Source: the human T2T-CHM13v2.0 reference genome, Homo sapiens. Taken from it: 64,000 nt of DNA. Of this stretch, positions 29,902-44,509 are shown piece after piece. The notes under the pieces are model-generated. The model saw nothing but the letters and a program-made list of their open reading frames with translations, was not told the origin of the DNA and searched no databases. The stretch is from assembly GCF_009914755.1 (NCBI RefSeq), contig NC_060933.1, one strand, 5' to 3'. The position numbers were made by a program, and so were the translations under genes. Positions within the stretch are counted from its first letter, which is position 1. Each line of letters starts with the position of its first letter.

Positions 29902-30232
29902 CAGTACTTCCCTCCTTACCTGAGGGAGATGCATTTCAAGGCCCCCAGTGGATGCCTGAAACCACAGACAGTACTGAATCCTAGTATACATTTTTTCCTA
30001 TACATACGTAACTGTGCAGCATGGACACACTAGGCAAAGGGCTGATTCACACCCTGGGCAGGGTGAGGTGGGATAGGGCAAGACTTTATCACAATACACA
30101 GAACAGCATGCAATTTAAAACTTATAAACCGTTTATTTCTGGATTTCTCCATTTAATATGTTTGATCATGAGTAACTGAAATAATGGAGAGAGAAACCAC
30201 AGATAAGGCCCTACTAGATAAGGGATCTACTG
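29902..30232 (-). mobile_element. MER44A-like TcMar-Tigger MITE
   Basis: TA|cagtacttccctcctta ... gataagggatctactg inverted termini. Internal cccccagtggatgcctgaaacc and gcaatttaaaacttata. Confidence 0.85.
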
Positions 30233-30509
30233 TTCGGGGTGATGGTATTTCTTTTTCAAGTTAAGCAATGGCTAAACTTCAACCAAGACAAAAAATAATG
30301 ACCTTATATTTATGCAGCTGCTACTAACTCTTCAGACTAGAAGGGAGAGGCTAGTGAGGAAAGGAAATCTAATACTTTAAATCTAACGATTTAAAAATAC
30401 TTGGCTAAGAATATAACTTTCATAGGGCTATCTTGAACCAAGTAGAGAAAAATTTTATGCAGCATAAAATCATATATGTAAAATCATATATAGTAAAGAC
30501 AGAAAAAAA

Positions 30510-30750
30510 TAGCTATCTTTGATTGAGCATGGACTGTGCACCAGGCAGGCACCATTCTAAGCAGTTAACACAGAGTATGCATTTAATCTATACAGCCCCC
30601 ATTTAAGGTAGGTAATACTATTAGACCCATTTATAGCTCAGAAAACTGAAGTGGGGCATAGGAGGACTGATAAATAACTTGCCTACGAATTGCAGAGCCA
30701 AGATTTAACCCAGTAAGGCTGGTCCACAGTGCCTATCTCATAACAATACA
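30510..30750 (-). mobile_element. MIR SINE
   Basis: attgagc...ccaggcaggcaccattctaagc...cccatttatag...gaaaactga...aacttgcc. Confidence 0.75.
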
Positions 30751-32208
30751 ACAATAATGGAGATACAGCAGAAGTTATTTGTGTGTGTGCCTAGACTCTT
30801 CTCTTGCCTGTCTTTTATTTATTTATTTTGTATTAAAAAGCTGAAGATAGCAATTCTAGGTTATTGGTACAGTGGGAATGTTTCCAAAAGTGACTGCAAA
30901 ATAGGCTTTCTAGTAAGATGATTTTAAGATATTGAGAAAAGCGAAGAAGAAAGAAAAAAAATCTGAAATTTGAACATTCACTATTCACTGAATATGCACT
31001 AAACTTATGGCCAAAATAACCAATCCAGACAAGTATACTTAAGAAACTATGACTGAAGACATGGACTGGATGGAAGTCAGCGGGTATAGTAAATTAGGCC
31101 TGCAAGCCTTCTCCTATTTTTTTTTTCCTCAAAATACCCTTATTTCCAACTCCCTATGATTAAAAGCCCCCCCCTGGATCTGTCCAAGCTCTCTCCTCCA
31201 ATTCCAAGAAAACCCAATATCCTTTCAGGTATTCCCTAACTGTGCTACTTAGTCAATGCCCAGCAGGAGTAAGAAAGTTGTAGGATTTCTTTCCTTAGCA
31301 GTGAACTTTCCCATCTGAAAATGTAGATATGCTTGCAAAAGATTCTTTAGAGCAGAAAAAACACCACTGTTTAGGTAATCTTATTCGGTTTGAAATAATC
31401 TATTTCTTCTTTTAAATTATACACCAAACCTCTAGGCATAAAAGCAAACCAGGTTCTAGGGAAGAAAAATCTTATTGCCCCTCGTCTTCTAATTACCAAT
31501 GCTGGAAGACACTGGAGTACAAGTAAGGACGGAACTCAGCAAAGATTCTCAACAGGCAAGAAGGCATCAACCATTCTTAAAACAACAAAAACAAAACCAC
31601 AAGATGTTTAAAAATGGAGAAAAGAATAGTACTAAATCCTGTATCTGCTGAATCTAGTAGTATCCAAACTATCATATATTTATATCACAGGTAATTATTA
31701 CTATTAAACTATAACCATTTAAATTAGTATTAAATCCTATATCTATACATCTAAAATTGTGAAAATTATGTTTAAATAGTTGACAGTGTAAAAAAATATA
31801 ACCATCATATACTGAAGAACAGGTGGAGTAGAGATAGGACATAAAAGTTTTCTATTTTTCTTTCATGGCAGTGAGTAAAGAAATGAGTCTTCAGCTGAAA
31901 TGTACAGTTTAAAGAAATAACTTCAAAATTATGATGTTCTCTATAATCTTGTAGGAGGAACTTTTAGGAATTAATTTCCTGTGAGAATAAATGGACATAT
32001 GAAATTCAGTGGCTCTTCTTCAGGGTCTCCTGAATTTCTTTCTACTACTTCTTAGTTCAAGTAAAATTAAGTAACATATATATATTTACATGGAAAGACA
32101 TATGTTAATCAGTCTTTCTCTCTATTCATCTAGAATGATATTAGCCTAATATTGATGACAGCTGTTTCTCAGAAGTGGAATTCTGAGTGACTTTTAAAAG
32201 TTGTTTCT

Positions 32209-32585
<377 letters not shown>

Positions 32586-32785
32586 TTATTCTAAAAAAAA
32601 AAATCAAAATGACTTCTAAATATATTGGCATGAAAAGATGCTAAAATGAACACTGGAACTAAAAAGTAGATTGTAAAATAGTAAAACACCTCTTTTATTT
32701 TTAAATCTATGTGCATAAATTCCTAAAAGAAATACAGCAAAATATTAAGAATGATTATACCCAGTGAGATACTGAGTGATTTAAA

Positions 32786-33070
32786 TTTTTTTTTTTTTTT
32801 TTTTTGAGATGGAGTCTTGCTCTGTTGCCTGGGCTGGAGTGCAGTGGTGTGATCTCGGCTCACTGCAACCACTGCAACCTCTGCCTCCCAAGTTCAAGTG
32901 ATCCTCCTGCCTCAGCCTCCTGAGTAGCTGGAACTACAGGTATGCGCCACCACGCCCAGCTAATTTTTAGTAGAGACAGGGTTTCACCATGTTGGTCAGG
33001 CTGGTCTTGAACTCCTGACCTCAGGTGATCCACCAACCTCGGCCTTGCAAAGTCCTGGGATTACAGGCAT
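32786..33070 (-). mobile_element. Alu SINE, AluSx-like, lacking first ~20 nt, with 9-bp duplication cactgcaac
   Basis: T20 tail and reverse dimer ending at ttacaggcat. Confidence 0.93.
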
Positions 33071-33076
33071 TAATGA

Positions 33077-33380
<304 letters not shown>

Positions 33381-33537
33381 AAGATCCTTAAAGTAAAACG
33401 TTGTTGCTCACGTATTTTCAGTTTTGTGTTATGAAATCTGTGTGCCCAAACAATCCAAAATATATAATTCGTTTTCTGGGTGGGAAGCAACTATATTTCT
33501 GCCTCATGATGGGAAATAGAACCCAAGTAGAAATGGG

Positions 33538-33656
33538 GTAGAATTGGGGTTTCACCATGTTAGCTAGGCTGGTCTCAAACTCCTGACCTCAGGTGATCCA
33601 CCCACCTCGGCCTTGCAAAGTGCTGGGATTACAGGGGTGAGCCACCGTGCCCGGCC
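33538..33656 (-). mobile_element. Isolated Alu left-arm fragment
   Basis: ggggtttcaccatgtt...gagccaccgtgcccggcc. Confidence 0.9.
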
Positions 33657-35286
33657 ACAAGAATTTTTAAATTGATACTTGCTGCAGCATTTTCTGATTT
33701 GTCTACAAAGAGCTACATTACTTGTACAATTTAATATATATATATAAATGTATACATTAAAAAGAGAACCCTAACAGTTTTCACTTGGATGCTGCTGAGA
33801 TTTTTAGTGGCAATTCTGAAGAGAAGATGATTTCTAGATAGTCTTTGTGACTCTGATGAGGAAAAAAAAAATCTACTGTAAAAAAACTCCCAAAACTTTA
33901 GTTTCTGAGACCTGACTCTTCATTAAGAGAAGAGTAGTCATATGGTACCCTCTTCACCATCTTCTTCTTTGGGGTCCATACTGGCTGGGTTGGGAACTGC
34001 CTCTTTCCCTTCCCTGATGCCTCCAGTAGAACCCTTCACTTCTAGTTCTCAGACTCCATCTCTCTTATTCCCCCAGGCCTCGTGGTGAACAGCAATATGT
34101 TGTTAGCTGCTACAGCAGCTGGTGAATAATCAAAGTTCTTACTGAATCATTGGTTAATCAAAACTAGAAGTTAGACTTGACTGATCAAGAGCTTCAATTT
34201 TTACAGTAAAATGGGATGGCCATTCAAAAACTACTTTATTTCAGACAACCCTTCATTAGCTTGTTTGAGACTAAGATAATTAAAGTAGGGTTGATATGAC
34301 AATTTCCACTATCCATAAATCATTACATCTCTCAACTTTATCCAGAGACTGGTACCAGGAATCCAAAGTCCTGGGCTAAGTATACTGGGGAGAGAAGGGT
34401 AAGAAATTTTAAACTTCCAAATTATAGCCTTCAGATTCCTCATTTGATTTTAAATACAGGTTTCCCGAAAAAGGTAACGTTCTGCATTCCAGTATGTGCT
34501 TCCCTGTGGTACTGAAATCCTCATGGCACTGCCAGTGATAGAGCAGCAGCATGGGCTGCCTGCCCTGAAGCATCATGTGGGCCATAACTTGAACGAGGCT
34601 CCAAGAACTGGAGATAACCAGAAGGGCAAGAAGGTATGGGTTGATCACTAGAGTGGCTATACTTTAACTTGGAGGAAACACTGTTATTAAATTTAGGTGG
34701 GTGGAAGCTTTCTATTTAAGAAAAAGTACCTTACTCCATAGTGGGTTAAGTGCTGAAAAATACATAAGAACTATGTATCTAATTAGAACATTAACCCAAA
34801 AATGCCTTCCCTAATACTTTAGCATTCCTGTGCCAAGTTATGATGACAGAGAGCTTTGTTTCTTAACACTTCTGAGACTTCTGAGAGCCAAGTTGAACTT
34901 TGGACTGTTTTATTTTCTTCACAGGCAAATGGAGAGCATAACCTTTCCAAATGACTCAGTGATTCATCTTTAATTCATTTTTCCTGTCTGGGAACCCGTG
35001 CGTTTTCCTCTGCAAATGCTCCAAAGTACATGTTTCATTTTTTAAGAAAATGTTATAGTTCTTCCTTTGCCATTTTGGATGCATAGTGTATTCAGTAAAT
35101 GGTTGGTTGAATAATGGCCTCTCTAAAGATACAGTCTGGTGACATGAAATAATTGGTATACTTCTAAATAGAACATTACCTCCTTCAAAAAACAATGAAT
35201 GAATTAGCATGTAGATAGATGCAAGTTTATTATCTCTGTCCTCATTCTCAAATGGGTATTTGGTGCAGATGTGTGCATTTGATTAC

Positions 35287-35592
<306 letters not shown>

Positions 35593-38179
35593 TAACATAT
35601 ATAACATGTTTGGTCTTACATCTGAATCAAATACTTTAAAACAAAAAAGAAAAAAAGAATAAATGAATTATCAGTCTTCCATTGTTGATTTTATAGTCTA
35701 GATCATGACAATGTGTTTGTCTCTAGGGAAGGGGTGAGAAGATGATGATTTGGGCATAGACCTTAAGTTCGTGGGGCAGTTCCTTTATCTGAGCCCAGGG
35801 TCACAATTCATACTCTTCCCTTCAGGGAGAGCACTGGAGAGAGATGAAAGGGACACAGGTAGGGAAAGCAGACCGATAGGCCACTCCTGAGCACTATACA
35901 AGGAGTATTAACTGGACTCTGGGGAAGACACATGGTAGAAGAAACAGCACTCCCTCTACCAGTCACTGCTGAGCTCATACTGTTACACGTGAAGCCCAGA
36001 TATCACACCTCATGTATTCATGTTAAAAAAACAAACAAACAAAAAAACCCCAGCCCAACCAAATTGTATTGAAGCACAGACACACATACAAAGAATTTTC
36101 AGTAATATTTTCTGCCCCCATGGGAGTTTATGCTTACCTATAAAAGAAAAAAAGAAAACTCCGAATGTATAACACATATATTAGAGAAGCTTTCTTAACT
36201 GCTTTGTGGTGAGAGGCTTGCAGTAAAAATAGACATTGGAAGCATTTAAATAAACAATTATCCAGCATCTCACACTGGAGTCAAATTTTACATTGACATT
36301 TCCTGCAAGGGCAAATGGGAGGAAAAAAGCCCAAAGCTCTCAGTATATATTTAAACCAGCACGGCCACAGAGAAATGATTGGCAATGGAACAATCAGTAT
36401 TCGGCAATTTTCTCACAATAAATTGGACAAAATCACTGCAATTTGGTATAAATGTTCCTTTCAGGAATTATATTTTATTCTAAGGTTCTTCTTCCCCCTT
36501 TGCCTCCAACTTAGCTGCATCCTAGAATTTGTATATCAAATGAAGCTACAAGAATCATTATTATTTTAGATTTATCAAGGGTTGTGCCCAACTATTATAT
36601 GTAAACACATAAATGAGTAAGTGAAACAAATAATATGTAAACTATGCAACGCACAGTTTGGCACTGGTCAAACTCCTCTGACACAGGACTACGTTCATTA
36701 TATGGAAGACTCTGACTAGACACCATCCTTAATACTCAAGTTTTATTCTTAAAAACAAGGAGAAACTGAGTCATAAGTTCTTAGTAGGGAGGCTCAGTGG
36801 TTTCTTGGTAAGGTAAAACGCTTCTATTCTGTGTCTTCAAGTTGGGAGTGCCCTCTACTGCCCAAAAGCATGGCTTCAGTTTTGGTTATCACAAAATTTT
36901 GTATGATCTATGCCAAAATATTAAAAATGAGAATAGCCTTTTCACTCCTCTGCAGGTGTATAGCTTAGAAATTAGTTAATAACTATGTGACCTAGAAGTT
37001 TAGTTTTCAATAAATCAAATCCCTCTAGGGGGAGTTCTCTGCCTTAAGAAATTATATTAAGGTGAACTCCTTGACTGTCTTCCCCTCACAGAGAGCTGTC
37101 ATCAGAGCTACAACTCCCATCCCCTATTCTAGCTTTCCTCTAACCCTAGCTATTATTAGGAAAGGATGAGAGTAACTACTGCCTTGCACTGGCATGGAAA
37201 CTACCACTTGGGCTTCAAGGCTCTAACTGTAGTAAGAAAAGCTGAACTGAAACCATCAACCAGGCTCCCTCTTTACGGTCTGATCAATCCTGACAGTACC
37301 GTGTGAGCAGAAGGGCACAGAATTGACAAACAACATTCCTTGGCTGAGAAAATAAATTGGTTTTCATCAAAACCAGTTCAGACATGCTATTGGGTGGAAT
37401 GTAGGGGGAACCTCAATATTTAGGAATGAAAAACAACATTGTTTTAGAAAAAAGATACTTGTTGAATTCTGATTTCTATTTGCTATGTTTTGGAGGTGCT
37501 TTGTTGAAGACTGCCTAGAGAGACAGAATCGTGGAGAAACACAGGTCATCTTGCTTACAGCATGCTTTCCAAGGCTGAGGATGCTGAGACACTGAGAGAT
37601 TCCCCTGGTTTCCCATGCTAGGATTCTCTCAGTCTTGGATGAATAGCACCTCTGCAGCATCAGGGACCTCCAGGCATATGGCCCAACCCAAGCTGAGATG
37701 GCTTCGGAACCTTGGGATACTTTGATGAACATATGCATCTTTTACAAGGTTCCAATGGGTACGTGTATCTTCTGCCAGGCTCCTAGAATTCTAGATACAA
37801 TCTCAATGCAAAGATACTCATTAATAGAGGCACATGATCCACAGTCCCTCAATCCCAGTCTTTCCATCCCTACTGAAAGGGCTCAAATGACAGACCATAA
37901 AGTCTTTGAGCGCAAACCTTTTATTTTGGATATCTGCAGAAAGAAATATATAGAAATAAAAGAACACACAGACTAAGGTATGCGTAATCTGATTGTATTT
38001 TATTTAATGCATTATTGCCTTCTTAATAATACAAATTTGAAAGACTTAACTGGATCTTACAAAAGTTAGATATCACTATCTAAGATCAATCTAACCCATC
38101 CTTAAACATTAATGTGGCACTGAAACAATGCATGTGATCACCTCCCTGCTCCTCCCTCTGGCCTGCTCCCTCCACCTTG

Positions 38180-38335
38180 AGCCATGCGGATATCTGGGGG
38201 AAGACAGGCAGATGGGTGGAGCATTAGGCGGGAGGGAGGCTAAACTGTCCTAGAGACAGCAAGGAGGCTGCAGAGGCAGGGACAGAGGAAGCGAGCAGAA
38301 GAGTGCTAAGGTGAGAGACACAGCCCTTATAGAGC
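38180..38335 (-). mobile_element. L2 fragment
   Basis: gagccatgcggatatctggggga...acagcaaggaggc. Confidence 0.6.
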
Positions 38336-39595
38336 TGGCCTGGTTTTACTGGTCAAGGCCCAGTAAAATAATTTCTTTATTCCTTTCACAGAGCCCACCA
38401 AAGTGATTCCAGATAATTGAGTGATGATTTATTGTTTATGGAGGGCATGCCAGGTGTCAGTCTTCCTAGATAAGAATCACTAGCTTCTGCTTTGTGCAGA
38501 AGCATGGGTGGGATGGATGCTGACCCCTTGGATAGAGTAGTTTGGCATATTTGCCCTATGAAGTCAGAGGAAACTGGTGTCAGGTGAACCATTTATTCTG
38601 AAATTGGCTTTCGAGGTGGAAGTAAAAGGAAGTCTACAGGGAACCTAAAGGTTTCTTTGGAAATATAATGAACACACAAACATGGGGATGTAATTTCTTT
38701 GTAACACAATTTAAACAGCTGTTCCTGGGCATGTTTTCTGCATGGGGTCAGTCATGGCTTACTCATCAGACTAAGCCACCTAAAGCCCATTTGCAGTTCC
38801 ATCTCAAGGACCTTAATTGAGGGCCTGGATGGGTCTGTGGCTCAGAGGGTTGTGTCTGGGTTCATTATCATATCAGGTCCTTATAACTCAGAAACTTCTT
38901 ATGCTGACCACACCCCACCATTCTGGCAGAATCCAATAAGTGCCAAATTACTCTAATGCAATCTGCCACGGAGACAGTAAAAGACACTTCTCCCAGGACT
39001 GGCCTCAATTTCTTTTTGGGGTAATTTACAAAATTCCAGGTTTGGAGTTCCTGGGATTTGAAACAGAACACTAATCTCAAGTTATCATGACAGTGGACTT
39101 CCAAGAAGGTTGTGGTGCACTAATTGGTCCCTTTAAGCCTTCATCTAGCAGAAAACAATGGAAACTACCAAGGGCTTCACATCTAAAATAATGATCCCAC
39201 TCCTGGGCAAGAGGACAAGACCACGTCAAATTGAAAGAGGCCATGAAGGGGCCCACTGTTCTCTTCCTCAACAACCCCATCCACTCTGGGCCATTCCTCC
39301 ATTAAAATCATGTCTAGAAATGAAAAATCCATTATATTGGCTTAAAGGATTTTTCTTTATATTATTTCTCTATATAACCAGAGACAAATGCATAGGAATA
39401 AAATAAACCATCAGAAAAAATTCTGATCAGAAGATTCCAGGCTTCAACCAGCTGCTAAGTATAAGATGGATCCCTAAGATTCTGAAAATCACAAACTGTA
39501 GGAAGAAATTAAAAATGGAAGATGTGAATCAGAATTTCAATATACTACCTGCTGTGTGTCCTTGAGAAAATTATTTAACATCTCTGAATCTGCCT

Positions 39596-39884
<289 letters not shown>

Positions 39885-41002
39885 AATCTGCCTATTTTTA
39901 ATGTATAAAACAAAATTAGAAATCTTTTTAAAAACTATCTTACTTATTACAAAACTATGGGGATGAAGTTAAATACTATATATGAAAGTTTCTAAACTGC
40001 AAAGTACTACTCTAACATGAAATTAGTTTTTTTTTAAAGCATTTCAAAACTGTAACTCGTTGGAAATATAACTCAAAGAACTGGAGATTTTAAAAACAAA
40101 CCATTTTTGCAGGGGTCCTTGGCACTACTTCTTGTCAGAAAATCTAAAATGGTATTACATTTCTCTCTCCACTGGTAATGTTTATTGTTTGTTTCTTACA
40201 ATGAGCCACTGGCAAGTGTCAGAAGCAATTGTTGAACCTAAGTTGGAGCTGGAACTTCCTTTTTTAAACAAAACTCTTGGTGGTGAATTGCTTCAGTGTA
40301 TTATTTCATTATACACTTGAGACGGAATAATGCAAATTCCTTACAATCTATCTGGCATCAAGAAAAAATGTAGGTTACATTGGTAAATATCTGCAGAACA
40401 CATGAGAAAATCTAACCAGTTCCTTTGTGGATATTATTTTAAAAGTAATTTCTTCTGAGCAGGGTTATATTCTCATATGAACCCCCAAAGTTACTTTAAA
40501 GAACACAATTCCATAAGCACATAAAGAACACAATTCCAAGTTCACTATAAGGCTTGTATCTATCCTTCCTCAGCATCTCACAACCATCTCTTTATAATCA
40601 GAAAGACGACCACCTCATCCAGAAACACTGAAAGCAGCAAAGACACTTACTGTAAAACTTTACACAGTATAAACAATCTGCAACAGATGGAAAGTGACTG
40701 ACATGGGCAATCATCACTCGGCTTGAAGAAAGGGTGGTATCTTGGAGGGTCTAGCATAGGGACCCTGAGGGCAGAAAGGCCAAGACTAGTATAGATAAGA
40801 GGGTCCTAAAAAAATGTCACCGTCAACTAAAGAAAGAGTTGTTGCTTAAAGTGGGAGTCATGTCACAGCAGATCAAAGAGAAATGTGACCAAGTGAAACT
40901 AGAGAGAGTCAGAGGTAGGCCAGGAGGCGATGCTCTAGCTGAGCACTGCATTCATGTGTATTATCCTTGAGGAAACGAGGCACACTTGTGCTCAAAGACC
41001 TG

Positions 41003-41352
41003 AAGATGGTCACAAACCAGCCGTCTGTGGGCAAAACACAGTTCACAAACGTGCTGTTTGGCCACGGTCTGTTGATTTGCGTAATATAATTTAAAAAACA
41101 TTGAAATAGCTTCCAACATTAAAAATGAGGAAATTTCCCTTAAAAATCCTGATTTCTGCCTTCTCTTGAAAAATCAGGAGATGTGTGGCAAGTCAGGGCC
41201 CTCAATTCCACAAGGTAACAGCTGGCTGCAGCCAAGCTGTGGCTGCCCCTTGGGAGGGGCAAGCGCTTTCCGCCTGCTTCAATGCCATCAATTCCTCACC
41301 CTGCCTGCTCCATTCACCTGCACACTTGCAGGGATTTGAGTTATTGTTGCCC
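41003..41352 (+). mobile_element. MER102-like hAT-Charlie element
   Basis: ccaacattaaaaatgaggaaatttc...aaaaatcctgatttctgccttctcttgaaaaatcagga...ggctgcccct. Confidence 0.75.
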
Positions 41353-41699
41353 AGCTAGAAAAACAAGCTGGTTAGGAGAGGCTGATTATGATAGGAAAAA
41401 AGAATGAAGGGGGTGGTCCTTATGGGTGTGCAATGGGTCCAAAGAAACGTGGGCAATCCTGGTAGGCCAAGAAGACCTCTTCAAAAGAACAACACAGAGA
41501 AGGAACCAGTTAGATGGGTAAGGTAGGTCGGGAAGGGGCCAGGGAGATGGCCGAACTGTTTATCATCTTATTTTCTCCTTTATGTGAGGAGAAAATGCAG
41601 CAGAGAGTGAAGCACGTCCCTTTTAACCTAAATATAGTGAACAAGGCTCTCTCCTTGGTTAATCCTCCCTCAGAGAACAGTATCCTTAGAGTCTAATAT

Positions 41700-41845
41700 A
41701 AATAACATTTTTGTAATGTTTTAGAGTTAGCAAAGCACTTCTACATATATTTTCTTTCATTTAACCCTCAACTACAATTCTATGAGCCAGACAAGACAAA
41801 TATGATTATCTCACATTACAGATGAGGAAGCTGAGGCTCACGAAC
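41700..41845 (-). mobile_element. MIR SINE fragment
   Basis: caaagcacttctacatat...cattacagatgaggaagctgaggctca. Confidence 0.8.
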
Positions 41846-42083
41846 TTCACTGGGAGGGAACTCAGACAGGACTAGACTTTTGCCCCTGGGACCCAAGAAC
41901 TCGCCACCCCTCAGTAATGACCTACCCTGTCCTGAAAGGAACACTGGAATACTTCGAACTTCCTGAACTGTGGTCGCTGAGATAGCATCAATGCCAGATT
42001 AGTGATTTAGAAGGTGTTTGCCTTACTAGGATAATCTTTCCCTGAGCAAATCCATCTAAAAAAACTCCGACAGCCAGAAGTTT

Positions 42084-42178
42084 GCTCAGCCTTGCAAGGC
42101 AGTGGTCTATTATGTCTAGAAACATCTCTCGCTCAGCCTTGCAAGGCAGTGGTCAGTTATGTCAAGAAACACATCCCT
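42084..42178 (+). repeat. 47-bp tandem duplication (2 copies)
   Basis: gctcagccttgcaaggcagtggtc is identical at 42084 and 42131; the 3' halves have diverged. Confidence 0.95.
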
Positions 42179-42664
42179 TATTTGTTCACGAAAGTCCTGC
42201 AAATATTTTGGCAAATAAATTCAGAAAGCCGGAAACGCTAATTATTAGGCAGAGACAAACCCACAGTAATAACATAAACAACAAAGTGCCTTTTCAGCAC
42301 TGCTATTCAGTGTGCCTTCCTGTTGCCAGTGCCACGAAAAACACGATGGGAATGGCCTGGAGGAGATGGAAGAGGAAATGACTCCTTTAAAGACCACGTC
42401 CTGTGGGCAGAGTGCTGCCTTACAATTTGCTACAGCAGATATCAAAAAGGAAGGGTGGGTAGTATAATTTACAGGGAGAGAAAAGTGGTTAAAAAAATAG
42501 AGCTCCTTAAGAATACTGTTAAGGTGGGGCACATACAATTAGTTTTTTAATAGATGAACTTTATTTTTTACCTTGGGAATGAAAAGTGGGGAGGTAAAAT
42601 AAGGATTTGGTCAACTGGCTACAAATATCTATGAACTAGTCCACTGTCAAGGCAAACGTCTATG

Positions 42665-42879
42665 CAGGGCCTCCCTATGTGGTTGTGCATTTTGGGCCTT
42701 GTGCAAAGGGACATGTGGTGGAGATCAACCTGGGGCCTGGAACCAGTCAGCATTCTGCTCACCAAGCTGTGTGCCTTGGTTAGTCACTAAGAAGCACCTT
42801 TGTGTAATCTGCCTGCCCATGGGGCCTAGAGATGCCTTTTCCATTTGCACAAAGGCACTCTATGGTAGCAGCAGACCTG
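42665..42879 (+). mobile_element. MER91A-like hAT-Tip100 MITE
   Basis: cagggcctccctat...gttgtgca...ctgctcaccaagctgtgtgcc...tttgcacaaaggcactctatgg...gacctg. Confidence 0.75.
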
Positions 42880-44509
42880 CACTTAAGTATCTGTCCATTT
42901 CAGTTTCTCTCCCTTCAAGGCAATGTCATTTTAGATGTTAGGTGATGTAGTCGTGTTGGATGCTCTGGATTTCAGCCAGCTAGGTAGGACCTCAGACAAA
43001 TCACATAAGTGGTTTTCTGCTTCACTGTCTCTATCACGATCAATGAGAACAGTCCCACCTACCCCTGTCTCCTTGGGGCCACTGTGAAGCCACTGCCAAG
43101 AGTCTAAAAATCACAGTTCTTTCTCTGATGTGTCCAGTAACATCTTCTACAGAGCTTTCACATCTATTAACACCAAATTCTTCCCCCTCAGTAAAGTTGA
43201 AAGTAAAGAACAAAGATTTTAAGTTCAGTGACAAGCTAAGTGACAAAGGGGACTCATAAGCCCACTTGAATAGGGCAATTTCCACTTCACAAGCAAAGCA
43301 CATACTTTCACATGTCGGAATTCAAACCACTCTCACAGATCTTCAAGCTATTTCACTAGAGTCTTAGGGTGCAACTCTCTTAACAAGCAACCCCATTGCT
43401 GGCATCTCTGAGGCAGCAATTCAAACCCCAAATTGGCCTGTTTTCCCTGACAGACTGCTGGGATACAGATTCCTGACCAACAGCAGAAAAGCTGGCAGCT
43501 CACTGCCTCTTCCAGAGTTGGCTTGGCCAGGGCAATGCCAGAACAATTGGTCTCATTGCCTTCTGAGATGACAATTAATTAGTGTGGTGGGAATAAGGAG
43601 TGGTCTATCCAGGGAGCTGAGCCTTTGCCCTTCTGAGGGCTGTGGTATTGGCCTCTCATCAGAGCCAACGTCCGCATCATAAGTCTCACTGTGCATGGCT
43701 TCTGGCTTCCCTAAGGCAGTCTGGAGGGAGACAGGGATGGAAGACCTTCCAAGAAGTTCTTTGTTGGGGAAAAAGGAAAAGGAAAGAACACAAGCAACAC
43801 TAAAAATACAATTCAGAATCAGAGATAAATACCCGACAGCAAAATGCAATACTAAGTTAGAGAAGACACCGTTCTAGACATAATAAAGGAAAAAAGGACA
43901 AATGTTTCATTGAGAAGTGTCTCAGAGTGTAGCAAGAAGAAAAATGTGTGGTGACAGAAATCTAGCCCCACTGAGGAAAATTCGAGCTCAGTGACAACAT
44001 CCTCAGCATGCTTTATTAGGCACTAGCACCAAGTGCATTGCTCAACATGCTGTGAATGAGAACACATGAGTCACAGGACAGCACCCCCTGCTCCAGCCGA
44101 CAGCAAAGGACGTCGATTATTTAACCGTGGAAGAGGATAACTGATGACTCCCAAAGGTTTTCCAGAAAGCAACATAACATCTCACTGCAGGGATGGGGGA
44201 ATTAAAACATGACTCTCAAGCATCCTAAAACTATCTAAAAAATAGAAATAATAAGAGTTTTTTTTTATTTTACCAGAGATTTTATAGACCTGATAGTGCA
44301 CTACTTCTCAGCCACAGACAATATCGAGACAAAGCCTTGATACTGGAGTGGGGTCAGGAGTTCAATGTGGAGCCATGTGGGGTCTACAACTAGAATGATG
44401 ATTTAAACCTGACCCCATGGGTACCTTACCGGCCAGTGCTTTCTGAATCCTCTCCCAGCTAAACTGAAGGAAAATGGTCATCTGGTCATCCGTACTGGCT
44501 TTTCAACCT

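Noticed and set aside
33940-34050. Acidic coding-looking minus-strand stretch (MDPKEEDGEEGTI)
   Set aside because: It is bounded by stops within about 35 codons, has a weak donor and no recognisable homology.
40497-40538. 17-bp direct repeat around an 8-nt spacer; also the 16-bp repeats at 16869-16912 and the 47-bp duplication considered as CRISPR-like
   Set aside because: Only two or three units, no unique spacers of constant length, no cas genes and a primate intron context. These are ordinary slippage duplications.
43969-44052. Short inverted repeats (cactgag/ctcagtg, cagcatg/catgctg) as a possible pre-miRNA
   Set aside because: Stems are only 5-7 bp with large internal loops, not a Drosha-type hairpin.
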